Assembly (NCBI GenBank): GCA_034780895.1
Contig: JAUZTB010000068.1
Coordinates: forward strand, 26,823,555 to 26,887,554
Reading direction: 5' to 3'
DNA from: Rhynchobatus australiae
Taxonomy: Eukaryota
DNA length: 64,000 nucleotides
Under the pieces are notes generated by a model. It ran no database searches. It was not told where the DNA came from and saw only the letters and a list, made by a program, of their open reading frames with translations. Shown one piece after another: positions 50,155-63,560 of the stretch. The first letter of the stretch is position 1, and each line of letters begins with the position of its first letter. Position numbers and translations under genes: made by a program.

Positions 50155-51505
50155 TCAATTGAATCCTCTCAAAATGTAGGCACTGGTGTAATGTGGTAAA
50201 TCAGGCAATGATTCTGTACACAGCAAGATCCCACAGATTGCAATGTAAGCACAGCTAGGTAATTTTTGGTCCTGCTGATTGAGGATTAAACTGGATACAT
50301 GGGGCAACTGTCCTTCTCTTCTTCAAACTCTTGTTTTGGGATTGATTTCACCTACCTGAGAGGGTAAATCTGGCTGTAATTCAACATCTCATTCTCAGGA
50401 AGAAGCTGAGAAGAAATTGGATCTTGTACCACCATACTTTTGTGCACACAATATTATCCTATTTCCATGAAAAACATAATGTTATTGAAAATCAGGGTCT
50501 TAACCTGCGTATTGCATTCTGTGTCTCCTCTGAACCCAACTTGTTACTCCTGGTGCACCACAAACAGACAGGGTGATATCCTACAATATGCAATGTGTAT
50601 CTTAGCACCACTTCCATAATTTTCAATCATGTATGCATGGCCCATGTCAACTGTGTTCTACTCCTGCAAAAGGACGCTTTCATTATCCCTGTGAAATTTG
50701 CTTCGGGAAACTTGAAGTGCCTCTCTGAGAAGATTCCAGGGAGGCGCTAACAAACAGACTAGAGTAGTTGCCTTAAAGGTCCCCTTTAAGTGAACTTATT
50801 TGCGCAGTTCTCCTGCAAGTCCCCTACTTCCCATACACTGTGGTTGTCATCCACAGCCTCCCAGCTCATGTCGCTCAATATATCTGCCACCCCAACACAT
50901 GATACCTTCCACAAACCATTAACCAATTCCTATCATCTAACAGCTCCCACCCTCAAAGTGACAGTCATCATAAAGTCTGATCACATTCTCCAACCACATC
51001 ACTAAAGACAGCCCCGTCCGTGACAATCACTTTATTCCCTAATGACTGCTCCAAACGCCAGTCACAATTTGGCGGATCCATCCCCAAATGATAACTGCCA
51101 CCTCTACCAATCACTCCCTAACCTGACTAATAGTAGCACCGCTAATTTAGTCACCCATCCACCTGCTACCCACCGACTGATTCCCTGACCCACAACCAAC
51201 ACTTGCTCTGACCTCACTACATCCTGGTCAGATATTAACCCACCATCCTCACCTCCTGACCCCTTTACCCCCACCCTCACCCCTACCAATCCCCGTGGCT
51301 CAGGACTAGTCATGGACTTATGAATAACATACACGTTAGCCCTCAATGCAGCAACTGACCAGTACACTGACCAATATCTTCATCCATACCTCCAAAAGGA
51401 CTGCACTTGGGTGGCAGCCTTGATTTTTAAACTCAAAAGTCTGGAACAGGATTTAAACTCCAAACCTTCTGATTCAGAGACAAATGTATGACCAAGTGAG
51501 GCAAA
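50155..51505 (-). mobile_element. DeuSINE (SacSINE1-like) split into 50155-50395 and ~51377-51505 by a ~1-kb insert
   Basis: cacagcaagatcccaca...cacctacctgagagggt...aacatctcatt, then ctgcacttgggtggcagcct...aaccttctgattcagag (tRNA head). Confidence 0.65.
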
Positions 51506-51559
51506 GCCTCCAACAAAAACTGATATTTAACTTGCCAGTCAGTTGTAAAGTAAAAAGAG

Positions 51560-51675
51560 AACTGTTCTGATGAATGGTCATTGAACTAAAATATTAACAT
51601 TGTTTCTCCAGTCACAGATTCTGCCTTCTCATTTTCAGTTTTTATTTCAGACGTAGCACCTGAGTATTTTTTTTG
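51560..51675 (+). mobile_element. Penelope-like pLTR, degenerate hammerhead core at 51567
   Basis: ttctgatgaatggtcattgaactaaaatattaac...cacagattctgcc. Confidence 0.55.
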
Positions 51676-53436
51676 CTTTTTAAGTGGTGAAACATTCATT
51701 GGGGATAGCAAATCATCAAGCACACCACATAATTTTCCTTTTCATGGAAGTCAACATCAATATAAATGAAAATCAGCTGGTTTCTACAACTGACAGTCAA
51801 GATGTAATGCTATTTGTAATCTCATGCTGCTGTTTGAAATCCTAGTCACTTTTCGTGTGTTTTATAGTTCCTTGCTTAATTACAAGTGTGATAAATTTTA
51901 GTTAATTACTAATAATATGATACATACATCTATGGGTCAATTAAAACTAACGGCAGCAGTTTGTTTTTATCTGTAGTAATATGCTTGCTGGACTAAAACT
52001 AACTTTATGTTTTACTGCACACTCTTCAGAAATGGTAAAATATATTGCACCAGGACTAATATTAAAAGTATGTAAGCTTTTTGTATGGCATTCAGTAGAA
52101 CTTTGAGGTATAGAATTCTTAAGGAAGTAGTGCTCAACAGTTTCCTGATTGCCTCACAAATTCAACATCACCAGTTGTCCAGAACTCCACAACAAACATG
52201 GTCACAATTCCTCAATTAACTGAGTTAAAATCAAACATTAAATGTAAGTAATAAGCAGCAAACCCCCTTTGGTTACCAATTTTCAGACACATTGAGTCTT
52301 TATTCATTTCTCTACTTTCATTTGGAGCATCAAGTAAAATTGTACAGGATACATTCCTGATATTATAGTCTCCTAGCCAAATGCAAAAGTCAGAATTAAT
52401 TTAAAAACCAGTTGATCATCAGAGCAAGAGGAAATAATGACCCATTTTATCCAGTCAGTGTCTGAGATTATCTTTGAATGTCAGTTCAGACTATGTTTAA
52501 TCATTTAACATTACAACAATCAGTTTATTTTAAAATATTCATTTCAGCCAAGTGTTTTGTGCTTGCTGAGATATATTTTCATCACCACAACTCTAATCCA
52601 CTTACATTGCCTAAGAAATGCAAGATTTGTCATTTATTTAAACCAGAAAAAAACAGTCCTACCTATATTAACAGAGCCACTAATGGTGTAAAACATTGAT
52701 CAATGTCTAAAAATCTGGGACATGCTGTCCTTAATATGCTCAGTGTGTTTTACATGTTCTTCTTCATTAAGTAGATAATTAGGTAGTTAGTAGTCGAAAA
52801 TGTGAGGAACGGGAAGCTGTCTGCTGTATGTGAGTCAGAGCAGTCCTTTTGTATATTAAGGATTAATACTAAAGTTGAATTTATGCTCTCTTCCTTTTTT
52901 TCGACACGAGATGGAAGTAGGCTTATTTTTCAAAGAAGTGCATATTGTTAGATGTTTGCAAGTCATCTGGTAGGTAGAGCATATGTATAGTCTTAACTTA
53001 TTTTCATCATTCCTTTTTTTTACAGTAATCCACTCCTGGTGTTGCGATTGGCTTATTGATTGACATGAAGCAGGGAAAAGAGGGCAGGGCTGCTCATGCA
53101 TGTGTAGGTAAAAACTAAACTGAATTCTCTTGATGTAGGTATCTGTACTTAGAGAGAAAGTTTAAACCTTTCCTTCACAAAGTATATTTCCAAACAAAAA
53201 GTGAAGGCTTCAAAGGAAAAATTAAAAAGGTTTGAAAATGAAAACAACCCTCAAAATGATAGACTTGTAAAGTGAGAAGGAAAAGGGAAACAGTGGGCAA
53301 CATTATCTTTTGTCAGGTTAAATAAACAGTAATCGGCTGTTCTAAATTGCCAGAAAAGCAGGAAATGAAATGCAGAAGGACAAGTTTTTTAAAACAGAAA
53401 GAAAGCAATAACATTGTATGTCAATTGCTCCCATTC

Positions 53437-53820
53437 CTTCACAGCACAGTGATGCAGCGGGCAGTGCTGTTGCCTCAGAACCCCATGGACCTGGTTTTGA
53501 CGTTAACTTTGGGTGTTCTCTACATGGAGTTTGCACACCCTCTCCGTAACTATGTGTGTTTTTCCACTCGGGTTCTCTGCTTTCTTTCCACGTCCCAAAG
53601 ACGTGCTGGTAGGTTAAATGACTACCATAAATGACACCTTAATGTAAATTAAAGACAAAATGAATTAAAGGGGAGTTTGTGGGCATGAGAGAGAAAGTAA
53701 GTTGCAGTGGTACAGGGAAATCAAGGGGGGGGGTTGGAAGGTTCTAAAGGGGTTGCTCCCTGGGAGCTGCCTTTGACCTGATGGGCCAAATGGCCTCCTT
53801 CTGTGTCCTTATAAGTATGA
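53437..53820 (+). mobile_element. HE1-like V-SINE (diverged)
   Basis: cagcacagtgatgcagcgg head; tggagtttgcac; tail gggccaaatggcctccttctgtg. Confidence 0.8.
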
Positions 53821-54469
53821 TCGTTGTTCTTTCTATTTCACTTTACTGCAGGTGCTTCTACCTTTCCTTCAGCTATATTCCTGCCTCAGCACAGATTGTG
53901 TGCCTCTATCCATCCCTGGCCTTCATTATGGGGCAGAAGTTAATTCTAACCCAAATGGTTGGAATAAATTGTCAAAATGAAGCAACTTCTACTGACTGGG
54001 TTCCTAACATCTCTCCTTCCTTCCAGAAAGGCTTCCTGAATCTCTTTCTCCCTGAAATACCTTGACAGTCATCAGGTTTGCAATCATCCCTTGATTGTAG
54101 ATGTTCTGTCCTCTCTTTCTGCTAATTCTAGGCTGAAGGAAGCCCACCGGCATTTAAACAAGGCTCAGGAATTAAATTCCCTCTGGTGCAGACTACAGTC
54201 AGAGAATGACTGATGATCTCAAATCTTCTCTGTGGGCCGAAAACAAATGCGCCTCAGTAGATTCAGCACAATTATCCAATCAATGAGTTCAGAGTAAAAA
54301 GATAAGCTGCTCAAACATCACTCAATGTAAGTCCTGACCTGAGTGCAATAAACTACCCTGCAGCTTTGTAACTCACTTTGAGGAACCTGCCTCTGTTAGG
54401 TATCAAGTTGCATGTATCTCCCACTGAACAGTATCTAGAATTCTCGATGCAACGTACCCCCACCTCGCT

Positions 54470-54797
54470 CCTTCTATCTCTCATTTTTTTGCCCTCTCTC
54501 TCTGTCTGTCTCCATCTGCTACTCTCTCCCCAATCCAACCCCCTCTCTCCCCTCCTGTACCTCTCACCACCCTCTTTCACCCCCCCTCATTCCACCAATC
54601 AACTCAGTCCCTGTCTTACCACTTCCCCTCTCCTCTTTATACTGGCCATTTCCCTTCTCTACTCTCAGTCCTGATGCAGGGTTTCAACCCAAAACGTTGA
54701 CAGTTCCTTTCCCCCCACAGATGCTGCTCGACCGTTAAGTTCCTCCAGCAGATTGTTTGTTGCTCCAGATTCCAGCATCTGCAGTCTCTTGTGTCTA
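54470..54797 (+). mobile_element. Penelope-like pLTR (pyrimidine-rich arm plus mutated hammerhead core at 54666-54703)
   Basis: cagtc ctgatgc agggtttcaaccc aaaac gtt gacag, then cagatgctgctcgacc...ttccagcatctgcagtctcttgtgtct. Confidence 0.75.
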
Positions 54798-56597
54798 CAG
54801 TCACATGTTCACTGGCTATCACTTTAAGGATATTGGGTAATCTTTAACCTGGCAATATCAGATTGGAACCTTGCCTAAATTTCCTTCCATTGATAAAGGT
54901 TGTGTGTGAATAAGCCATTGAAGACATATTGCCAATTTTCTGCCCCTGCAATCCTAACTTTAAAGGAGGACATTGTGAAACATTTTTGGTTGCATTATGA
55001 ATATCCTCAGGAAGAGCAGGTGTCAGAGCTGGTACCTGATGTTGGAGAGATTATCGGAATGTCCATTCATGGACTGTGAACATGTTCACACAGAGACATA
55101 CCATGACTCAGAATAAGTGATAGTTGCAACCTTGATGCAAGATATTAATCTTACAGTGAGTTTGGCTCCAGCAGAGCTTAAAGGCAATGGCCTTCCTTTT
55201 AACTGGGCCATCTTTTGTGAGTTGGGTGTAGACTCCCAGTGCCACAGAGGTTTTAGCTCAGAAACACCCAAAAGAGGTACAGGCTGTGAACAGATAGTTT
55301 GTCTACGAGAGGCATGATTGCTGATTCCTACACACGCCTGACTCATCAACCTCTGGGGTTGTGGATAAGATAGAAGGAGTGGTGGATGAGTCTTTTGTCC
55401 CGCTTCTGCGATTTTTGGGTTATAGGTTTGTCAGAAGTTTCAGGAGGTCCAGAGACAGGTGAGAAGGAGAGAAAGCTTAGAAGTCTGTAGGCAAACTGCT
55501 GCCTCTTGCCCCCCACGTTGCTTGGAAGGTGACACATCTCTCCTCTGAGATGGCCTGGAAAACGATGTAAACCAAGACTAACTCTGGAAGATGGGCCAAA
55601 TATGAGGTTAACAACTCATTATAATATTTCCATACCCCCCGAAGGGAGTTTGATGCCATCCTCTGTCTGTTGGAAGTAGAAGTGGGTGGGTTGGCAATGA
55701 GTCAGGTCAGATTTAAAGTTATTTTAATCTTTATCCCCCAAAATTTGTTGCAATCACCCATGATGTCACCATCAAATTCTTTTCTTTGTCCTAATAAAAT
55801 CTGTACTTTTCAAAATCCTTTGATCTCAGGACATGGCCAAGTTCATTCTGGGCTTTTGCATTTAGGTCAGTTTAATGTGGAGACTTTTGAAGGCCAAAGA
55901 GAGGTCAACAATGGTCATTTTATATACCTGGAGAGATCTAGTAAATGAAAGTAATCCAATCCTGCTAGCAATCAAAAATACCCCTGAAATGCAGAAATCT
56001 TAAACATTCACAAGCCTCTTGTGAAGGGAATAAAATGAAAATCCAAGAAAGATTTTGCTTTCTGGTCAATTTCTTTAATTCAACCACCCAGAATCAGGAA
56101 CTCAGTCCAGACATTGCAAAACAAAATGGAGCTGCCGAGGTTTAATTGCCAAGAGTTTGATGCTTTTGTCCTTTCAATAAACTGACACAGATTCATAACT
56201 AAAATATAATGTAAATAAAGGTGATTGCATACATTCAGTAAAATGATGAGCAGTCATACCAAATGAAATGAAGATAAAGAAGTAAGAAATAAAATATACA
56301 AACACTCACTCATACATTTCTAATCCCATGTAATCATAAACAAGCTCATTCCGAGTTGATCACTCATTCAGGCACAAACTCCTGCACTTTCAAATATCTT
56401 TACACAGACTTAGACACAGTACTCACTGATACAATCGCCACATGTGCTCACCCACCACCACACAAAAGCACGGACCCATAGACACATGGACACAAAATAT
56501 GGCTGCAAAATATCAGAAGAGTAGTTCCTCCGTTTGCCAAGAAACTGGTGTAAGTGCTTACTTTTACGCACAAATTGCAAACGAAAGCAATTAAACC

Positions 56598-56696
56598 CAG
56601 TCCAGATGAAGGGTCTTGACCCGAAACATTGACTATCTATTTCCCTCCACAGATTCTGTCTAACCCACTGAGTTCCTCCAGCATTTTGTTTGTTGC
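56598..56696 (+). mobile_element. Penelope-like pLTR insert with near-intact hammerhead fold
   Basis: cagtc cagatga agggtcttgaccc gaaac att gact; flanked by agcaattaaacccag and agcaatttagcccag. Confidence 0.75.
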
Positions 56697-57044
56697 AGCA
56701 ATTTAGCCCAGATTTGATTTCAATATCAGTTATTACCAGGGCTTTCCAGGAAATTGGAACAGTCTCTTCTTGCACTGTTCACATCAGCACGTTTGATATT
56801 TTTTTGAGCATCAGGTGCACCCTAATGACGTTGGTATTCATGCCACACCCATTTCTGTCCTTACCAACATAAGGTGGAGCTTCAAGGTGCAATTTATGAG
56901 CGTCATTGAACAGGCAATTTATAGCTAAATGTGCAGAAACTACCTTGTTGCTTTTTCCATTACTTAAGGGGACACACGGCTGACATTGGGGGAGTTATCA
57001 GGGCAGCTACAGAACTGACTGAAGGCTCCTCAAGTCGGAAAAAC

Positions 57045-57265
57045 AATTGGTAAATTGGTCTATTATTGTCACATGTACCGAGGAACAGTGAAAAAACTTT
57101 TTTTTGCATGCCATTTGTACACATCAATTCATCACGTCAGTACATTGAGGTAGTACCAGGGAAAACAATAACAGAATGTAGAATAAAGTGACAGAAAAAG
57201 TGCAGTGCAGGCAGACAATGAGGTACAAGGCCATAATGAGGTAGACTGTGAGGTCAAGGTCAAAT
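57045..57265 (-). mobile_element. LINE 3' tail (family of 1-88)
   Basis: aattggtaaattggtctattattgtcacatgtaccgaggaacagtgaaaa is the reverse complement of that tail. Confidence 0.7.
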
Positions 57266-57269
57266 ACCT

Positions 57270-57405
57270 TCTTAGATAATTTTTTTGAAAGATTGGGGCT
57301 TTGTAGGGAACTGGTAGAGCAGACAAGTTGAGGATAACGTGATCATATTGAATGGCTGCGCAGGTTTGAGGAGGCCGGTGGTTTATCCTTGCTCCTACCT
57401 GTATG
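57270..57405 (+). mobile_element. CR1 3' tail (diverged)
   Basis: tgatcatattgaatggctgcgcaggtttgaggaggccggtggtttatccttgctcctac. Confidence 0.7.
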
Positions 57406-57479
57406 GTCCCAGGTCCACAGAATGTGCTTAAACTAACAGGGAATGCTTTCTCCAGCATGTAGCTCCTGAGATAATCATT

Positions 57480-57740
57480 TATCAATGACTGGCATCAATC
57501 CAATATTGTAGGGGTCAATATGGCAAAGATGGACTGTGCTCGGTTGCTCCAGAACCTTGGGACAGGAGACAAGTTCATGCCCATTAATGAAGTGACAGCT
57601 CCAACAGAGTTTTCAGATACATGGCATTCTACCTGAACCCCTCTGATGACGAATATGGCCAATGTATTTGTACGCACAGGTTTTGCATGTCTGCCGTCAT
57701 CACATTTTGGCCAATTGTTTGTGGTGACCTGATTGGACAT
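57480..57740 (-). mobile_element. RTE-clade LINE RT C-terminal relic
   Basis: RHAK, KVLEQ and QSIFAILT...LD*(W) resemble the RTE pattern RHxKxL...EVLxxA...SIEALL...LRWAGH. Confidence 0.5.
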
Positions 57741-57899
57741 TAGCACAAAATGCACCAGTGGAGGGGAGCAGAGAGGCATTGACTCAGACAGTAGAAGAAT
57801 TCCTCACAGAGAGATGTTTTTCTGTAGGAGCTTGCTAAATCATAGTCCGGAATGCAGACAAAGATACCTTCTCCTTCCTTTAACACCAGCATTGTGTCT

Positions 57900-58450
57900 C
57901 AATAAACCAGAGATTGGATGACACACATAATCCCTCACACCCTCCTTTATAGGACCACATGATCATAATTTACAAATGAATGAAACCCTCTTCTAGTTAC
58001 TGAAATGGCTCCCTACTGGTTTCAGTGGTGTGAAACTCACTCTGGTCTCTCTTGTGAGACATGAAATTTATTTGTCTGTTGTCTGAATGAGTGGGGATTC
58101 CCACATAGGGAGGAGACAGCTGGAGTCACCCCTTTCTGATGGTGGCCCAGTGGATCTCCTTGGCACATGATGCACCCCTTCTGGAATGTATCTCTCTTGT
58201 TTGGATATCTAATCTCTTTCACTAAATCTAGAGATTGTCTTCCTCTCACCTGTAACCTCTGTCTCCTCCATGACAGCCATAATGTGTTCTGATGTTGCCT
58301 GTTAGGGACTGTGCCTTTAAGGGGTTTCACTCTCCACAGCAAATTGTTAGATGTGGTGATCAACTGAGCCTGGTCCCACTGTAAACTGGACAGATCCTAC
58401 AACTGGGTGTAAACAACCCTTTCAATCATTACAAGTGTCCTTTTGACCAA
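57900..58450 (-). mobile_element. Possible Gypsy pol 3' end plus LTR relic
   Basis: RYPNKRD C-terminal-like motif, purine tract gaagggg then TG, and a downstream TATAAAG on the minus strand. Confidence 0.35.
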
Positions 58451-58465
58451 TTTCATAATTTCTTG

Positions 58466-58635
58466 GAGACACAAGAGACTACAGAATGCTGGAATCTGGA
58501 GAAATAATCTGCTGGTGATGTCCTGATGCAGGGTTTTGACCCGAAACATTGATAATACTTTTCCTTCCAAGAGATGCTGTTCAACCCACTGAATTATTCT
58601 AGAAGATTACCTGTTGCTTCACAATTTCTAGTCTG
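58466..58635. mobile_element. Palindromic Penelope-like insert with mutated hammerhead core at 58523
   Basis: Inverted arm gagacacaagagactacagaatgctggaatctggag, then gtc ctgatgc agggttttgaccc gaaac att gat. Confidence 0.7.
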
Positions 58636-59252
58636 CTCCCCATAGCATAAGACACACCAAATAAGGATGACAAATAATTTCAAGGTAACATTTGGGCACA
58701 ATGGGTGCCCATTGGTTCTAATGTAGTACCTAACACACACGTGGATACCTGCAGTGCATCTCACACCATTCTCCAAATTGGAAAGGCCCACAACTATGCA
58801 ACTATGGCAAATGGTAGAGCCAAAGTTCTACACCAAGTTAATGCCAGCGCCGACAACCTTGACACTAATGAGGCTAATGCAATGTGTTCAATACAGATGG
58901 CAGACTGAACCCCAATCAGCTACAGTTAAAGGGCTTACTCACACCTTTCTTGCTGATTAATTAACCAGTGTTGATCCTATCAAGGTACAGGTTGTGTTTT
59001 TCCAAACCTTGTGACAGTTCTTGATGTCTACAGAGAGTAAAGAGGCAGGAGGAAAGATTATGGGTCAGAAATTCCATCAGACGGCACATCACACAGCTTT
59101 TTTATGTGCTTCATGATATAAGATTAGATAGGAAATTCAATCGCTTAAAGAAGTTGGCAGCTCCGTTCATGCAAGGCATGTTTGTTAAAGTGTAGCACAG
59201 TCATCTGTGCATATGACATGTTTGTAATCAGAAACCGCTGGGTGCATAGCGG

Positions 59253-59377
59253 TGACGTCAATCGGTGCACAATGCACGATTGACTCACTGCTGCGATATT
59301 GCAGTGCACATAAGCACTTAAGAAATGACCTGGTCCTCGAATGCAAGGGCAGGACTTCATAGGGCATTGGTTAAATA
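59253..59377 (+). promoter_or_regulatory. Promoter-like motif cluster (CRE, AP-1, CCAAT, TATA-like)
   Basis: TGACGTCA 59253-59260, TGACTCA 59281-59287, ATTGG 59366-59370, TTAAATA 59371-59377; locally CpG-rich. Confidence 0.4.
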
Positions 59378-60491
59378 GGACCTGTCCCTATCTTACCATT
59401 ATGGCTGCCATGGAGGAGACAAGAGGCTACAGGAGAGAGGAAGAGAACCCTTAGATTTAGTGACAGAGATTATACAATTCCTCCCTCCGCATGAAACTGG
59501 CACAGTTTCTCCATGCACTGCCATTATAGAGCACATTTCAAAATCTATAAGTAGCTGTTGGGGTGATTGGATTCACATCCAGGCTTCAACAGTACTTTTT
59601 GCTCTCAGACAAAGGAGCTTTGGTTACCATCTCTCAAGGAGTATGGAATTATCGGGAGAATGAGGAAAGCATATACAGAGCAGTCAAGTTATGAGAGAAA
59701 AGAGGAGGGGGTGGGGTGTGAAAGGGCAAAGGGGCCACATCACCAAACAACTTTTCAGCAACTTTCTTCCGTGAGAAGCATTGGGTTCAGAGAATAAAGC
59801 TTCAGAAACAGNNNNNNNNNNNNNNNNNNNNNNNNNNNNNNCCACAGAACAGGTGCAAAGCCATATTGTCACCCTGCTGCTAAGGTCATAATGACCATCA
59901 ATTTTTATACTTCTGGTCATTCCAGGATAAAACAGAAGGTACATTTGATATGGAGCTTTGTAATAGGAAGTTAACCGATACTCCTTATATCAGGAGAGTA
60001 GAAGAATTTCCTTCCCCCTTGGCAGGAAGCTGTTGGCAGTCTGAATATGTGGACTCATGAGAACTGCAGGCTCTCTGGCGTATGGGGAGTTGTTCATTCC
60101 ACACTGAGGCCATCAGACATGAATTCAGAGACACCACCCAACTGCAAATGCTTCCACTCCCTGACTTTAGAGCTGGTGTGTGATCATACCTGCTGCATCC
60201 CAAAGGTCTCAATTAAATCCAGGTCGTAATCACATTGCATTTATTTATCACCGGTGAGCTTTGCCCCTGTGCCAAACTGAAGGGTTTCTGCTGTGATAAA
60301 GATTACCATATTACTATATGGTTTTTGACTCCAGTGTGAAACAGGCCCACGAGATAACAGTGTGAGCTGTGCTACTTTACAATCGCCCAGAACCACGGGT
60401 GAATTCAAACAATATTTTCGTTACCTGCACTGACCACCTTCCATTATTCAGCAGAAAGATCCCAACATGCATTGTGACTTACTACATGCTG

Positions 60492-60620
60492 CACAGAGTC
60501 ATAGAGTTGTACAGCATGGAAACAGGCCCTTCGGCCCAACTAGTCCATGCTGACTAAGATGGCCATCCAAGGTAGTCCCATTTGCCTGCATTTGGACCAT
60601 TACCTTTTATCCATGTGCAT
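60492..60620 (-). mobile_element. CR1 3' tail
   Basis: agagtcatagagttgtacagcatggaaacaggcccttcggcccaac. Confidence 0.85.
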
Positions 60621-61109
60621 GGATAAGATAATGATGAGAAGAGGGGAAAAGGGAGAACATTTGCAGCTTGTGTATCAGAAGAATTCTATGGGATGTGAGA
60701 AGAGGGATTCATTATGAGTACCTTGAATGTAGTCAGTTCTGCTGCTGGCCACAAACTCTGCAATGGCTGCTCCAAGAATTGCCAGCACCGTCATCTTCAG
60801 GATGGTAGGATGTTGCATATTATTCACAGGTCCTGTGCTGTTGGTGGCAGTTAGGCATCACTTTATCCTGTGAGAGAGAGAGGTCAGCTTGTTTCTGAGT
60901 GTCAAGGATGATGTGTCGGGAATGAACAGCTATGACTGCATCCACGCTGTGAGATGGGTGTGTTTGAGGTTTGTGTGTGAGGGTCTGATATATCTCATGA
61001 AGGCAAAATCTCAGGCCTGAGTGTTAGAGCTTGTTGTAGGTAAGTGAAGGGAGAATAGTGCATTGTATGAGGAGTCAGTGACTGTTGATGTGAGATAACG
61101 TTTGAAGTT

Positions 61110-62010
61110 GCATTCACCAACAAAGTGAAATTCAATTGTTTTCTCATAGCACTGTGTCATGACCTGGGAGCTGAGCTCCGTGCACTGACCATAGAGTTAC
61201 GGAGTTGTAATGTTGTATCGCAGAGAAACTAGCCTTTCAGCTCAACTGATCCATGCCGACCAAGATGCCCATCCAAGCCAGTTCCATTTGCTCGCATTTG
61301 GCCCATATCCCTCTAAACCTTTCCTATCTATGTACCTCTCTTTTAAATGTTGTTATTGTGCCTACCTCAGCCACTTCCTCTGGCAGCTCGTTCCATATAC
61401 GTACCACCCTCTGTGTGAAAAAATTGCCCCTCGGGTTCCTATTAAATCTTTCCCCTCTCACCTTAAACCCTCTTGTTCTTGATTCCCCAGCCTTAGGAAA
61501 AAGATTGTCTATCTATGCCCCTCATGATTTTGTACACTTCTGTAAGATCACCCCTCAGTGTCCTACGATCTAAGGAATACAGTCCTAACCCACCCAACCT
61601 CTCCCTATAACTCAGGCCCTCAAGTCCTGGCAACATCCTTGTATGTCTTTTCTGCGCCCTTTCCAGCTTAATAGTATCTTTCCCATCACAGGGTGATCAA
61701 AACTGAACAATACTCCAAATACAACCTCACCAATGTCTTGTACAACTGCAGCATAACATCCCAACTTCTATACTGATGAAGGCAAGTGTGCCAAAAGCCT
61801 TCTTCACCATCCTATCTACTTGTGGCGCCACTTTGAGGGAACCATGTGCTTGTACTTCTAGGTCCCTCTGTTCTACAACACTTCCCCAGGACCCCACCAT
61901 TCACTGTGACCTTCTCTTATTGCCACTTTGGTGTGTGCCTGTGACGTTTTCCTGAGTGCAAGGGACCTCTCTCCTCCTCTCTACTTCTCTTACCAAGCTT
62001 TGTTGGAAAA
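61110..62010 (-). mobile_element. Harbinger Myb/SANT-like relic split by a CR1 insertion
   Basis: VEVERRREV...EKV|SARSSAPRS*...TQC reads across the insertion, which is flanked by tgacc repeats. Confidence 0.5.
61191..61905 (-). mobile_element. CR1 ORF2 C-terminus/3' fragment
   Basis: Reverse complement contains ggatggtgaagaaggcttttggcacacttgccttcatcag and ggaaagggcgcagaaaaga, ending in the CR1 tail. Confidence 0.92.
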
Positions 62011-63044
62011 TTTACATCCCCATTTTTTTTCTGCCATTACTTTTATCAGGCTACAAAGACTGCAGAGGCATCAACTACTTCAAGGGGAGTATTCTGGCTA
62101 TAATCAGAACTAAACAGCCTCATTTGGTGTCAGCCACTCACCAGATTTGTGGTGAGGTGATTTTATTGCAAATAAAATGGAGAGAAAGCTGAAACAAAAC
62201 TGCAACTTAACCAGAATTGGGAGTAAATCAACATAGTGCAAGGGATAGGGTTTTCAGTGCTGCATGACCTCACATTCCCAGCATACAGCAATAGTGTCAG
62301 AAAGTGATGATGATGTGGTGACTTGTAGAATGTGATTTTGATTTTCGAATCTGCCAGACAAAATGTCATGAGTCTTGTGTGCATGGAACAACTTATGTAT
62401 TGACTCCATTCTTTGCGAGCAGAGTGACATGTTTAACAGTAAAGGAATTCAGAATGGGCATCAGTTCATAGGACTTCCAGGAATATTTTTATAAACATTT
62501 GGGGCTGTTATTTCAGAATTTGAAATTTCAGGATAAATCAGTAATTAAAATTGACCTTTATTAAAATACATCCATTTGCTTTCAATTTTACATCATCTTC
62601 AAGGAAAGAGCAGCTCAACATCAATTTGTCCTTCTTTCTGCTTCTGGCTCTTTAGGTCTCTGAGGGTTTGGGAGACCCCAGCAGCTCTCCATTTGCCAGG
62701 TCAATGCTCTTTCCCCATAGCTACCATTTTTGTCCACCAACCCACACTATCTTCCAGTTTCCAAGGATCATCAACAAGCATTGTTTGTGTCCTGTTTATT
62801 CACACTAAGAAACTGAAATCGCTGGTAATTTAAACTACCAGCATACAGAATGTGCTGGCATTTTACCTTTTCTTTCTTTACAAGCAGCCTTCTTCTGCAA
62901 TTTAACACTGTTGCAACATCAGAAGCAGACAGTTAAGAGAAACAATCCTTCCAGATGTAACAGCACTGAAAGACTAATTATTGTCTGTCATTCAAAATGA
63001 CATATAACACATATGTTACATTCCTTTTTTAATAACAAAAGTCA

Positions 63045-63097
63045 AAAGAAAAGTACGTAAAACTACGTAAAAGTACGTAAAAGAAAAGTACATAAAA
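63045..63097. repeat. Short tandem repeat of ~AAAAGTACGT units
   Basis: aaaagaaaagtacgtaaaactacgtaaaagtacgtaaaagaaaagtacataaaa. Confidence 0.85.
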
Positions 63098-63232
63098 CAT
63101 CCAAATAACTGTCCAGTGTCTCTGTGCTTTAATTTGGTAAAAAGCTGTCGAGATACTTGTGTTGACAGACTATCCTTTCCACTCTGATCCTAACTGGTCG
63201 TGATTCTCCATATTTTTTATATTCCCATATTT

Positions 63233-63560
63233 CCACATGACATAGAAAGAGGCCATTCAGCCCATCAAGTCTTTGCCAACTCACAGAGCAATCCTTTTCA
63301 CCCATTAATTTTCCCTCTAACCGATTCATCACACATTCCCTAAAATTCTGCCCTCACTTTCAGCTGGAGCCACTTACTTACAGTGGCCAATTAATGTTCC
63401 ATGTCTTTAGGTTGTGGGATGAGATCAGAGCATCCAGAAGAAACACACACAGACACAAGAAGAATGTGCAAACTTCACTCAGACAGTGTGGAAGGTCAGG
63501 ATTGAATCTGGGAAACTAAAGTTGTAAGGTAATGGCTGGACCAGCAACAGCACTGAGCTA
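63233..63560 (-). mobile_element. HE1-like V-SINE (diverged)
   Basis: gtgcaaacttcactcagacagtgtggaaggtcaggattgaatc; tail cacatgacatagaaagaggccattcagcccatc. Confidence 0.8.

Noticed and set aside
63045-63097. CRISPR-like array or iterons
   Set aside because: Simple tandem repeat without spacers, in eukaryotic DNA
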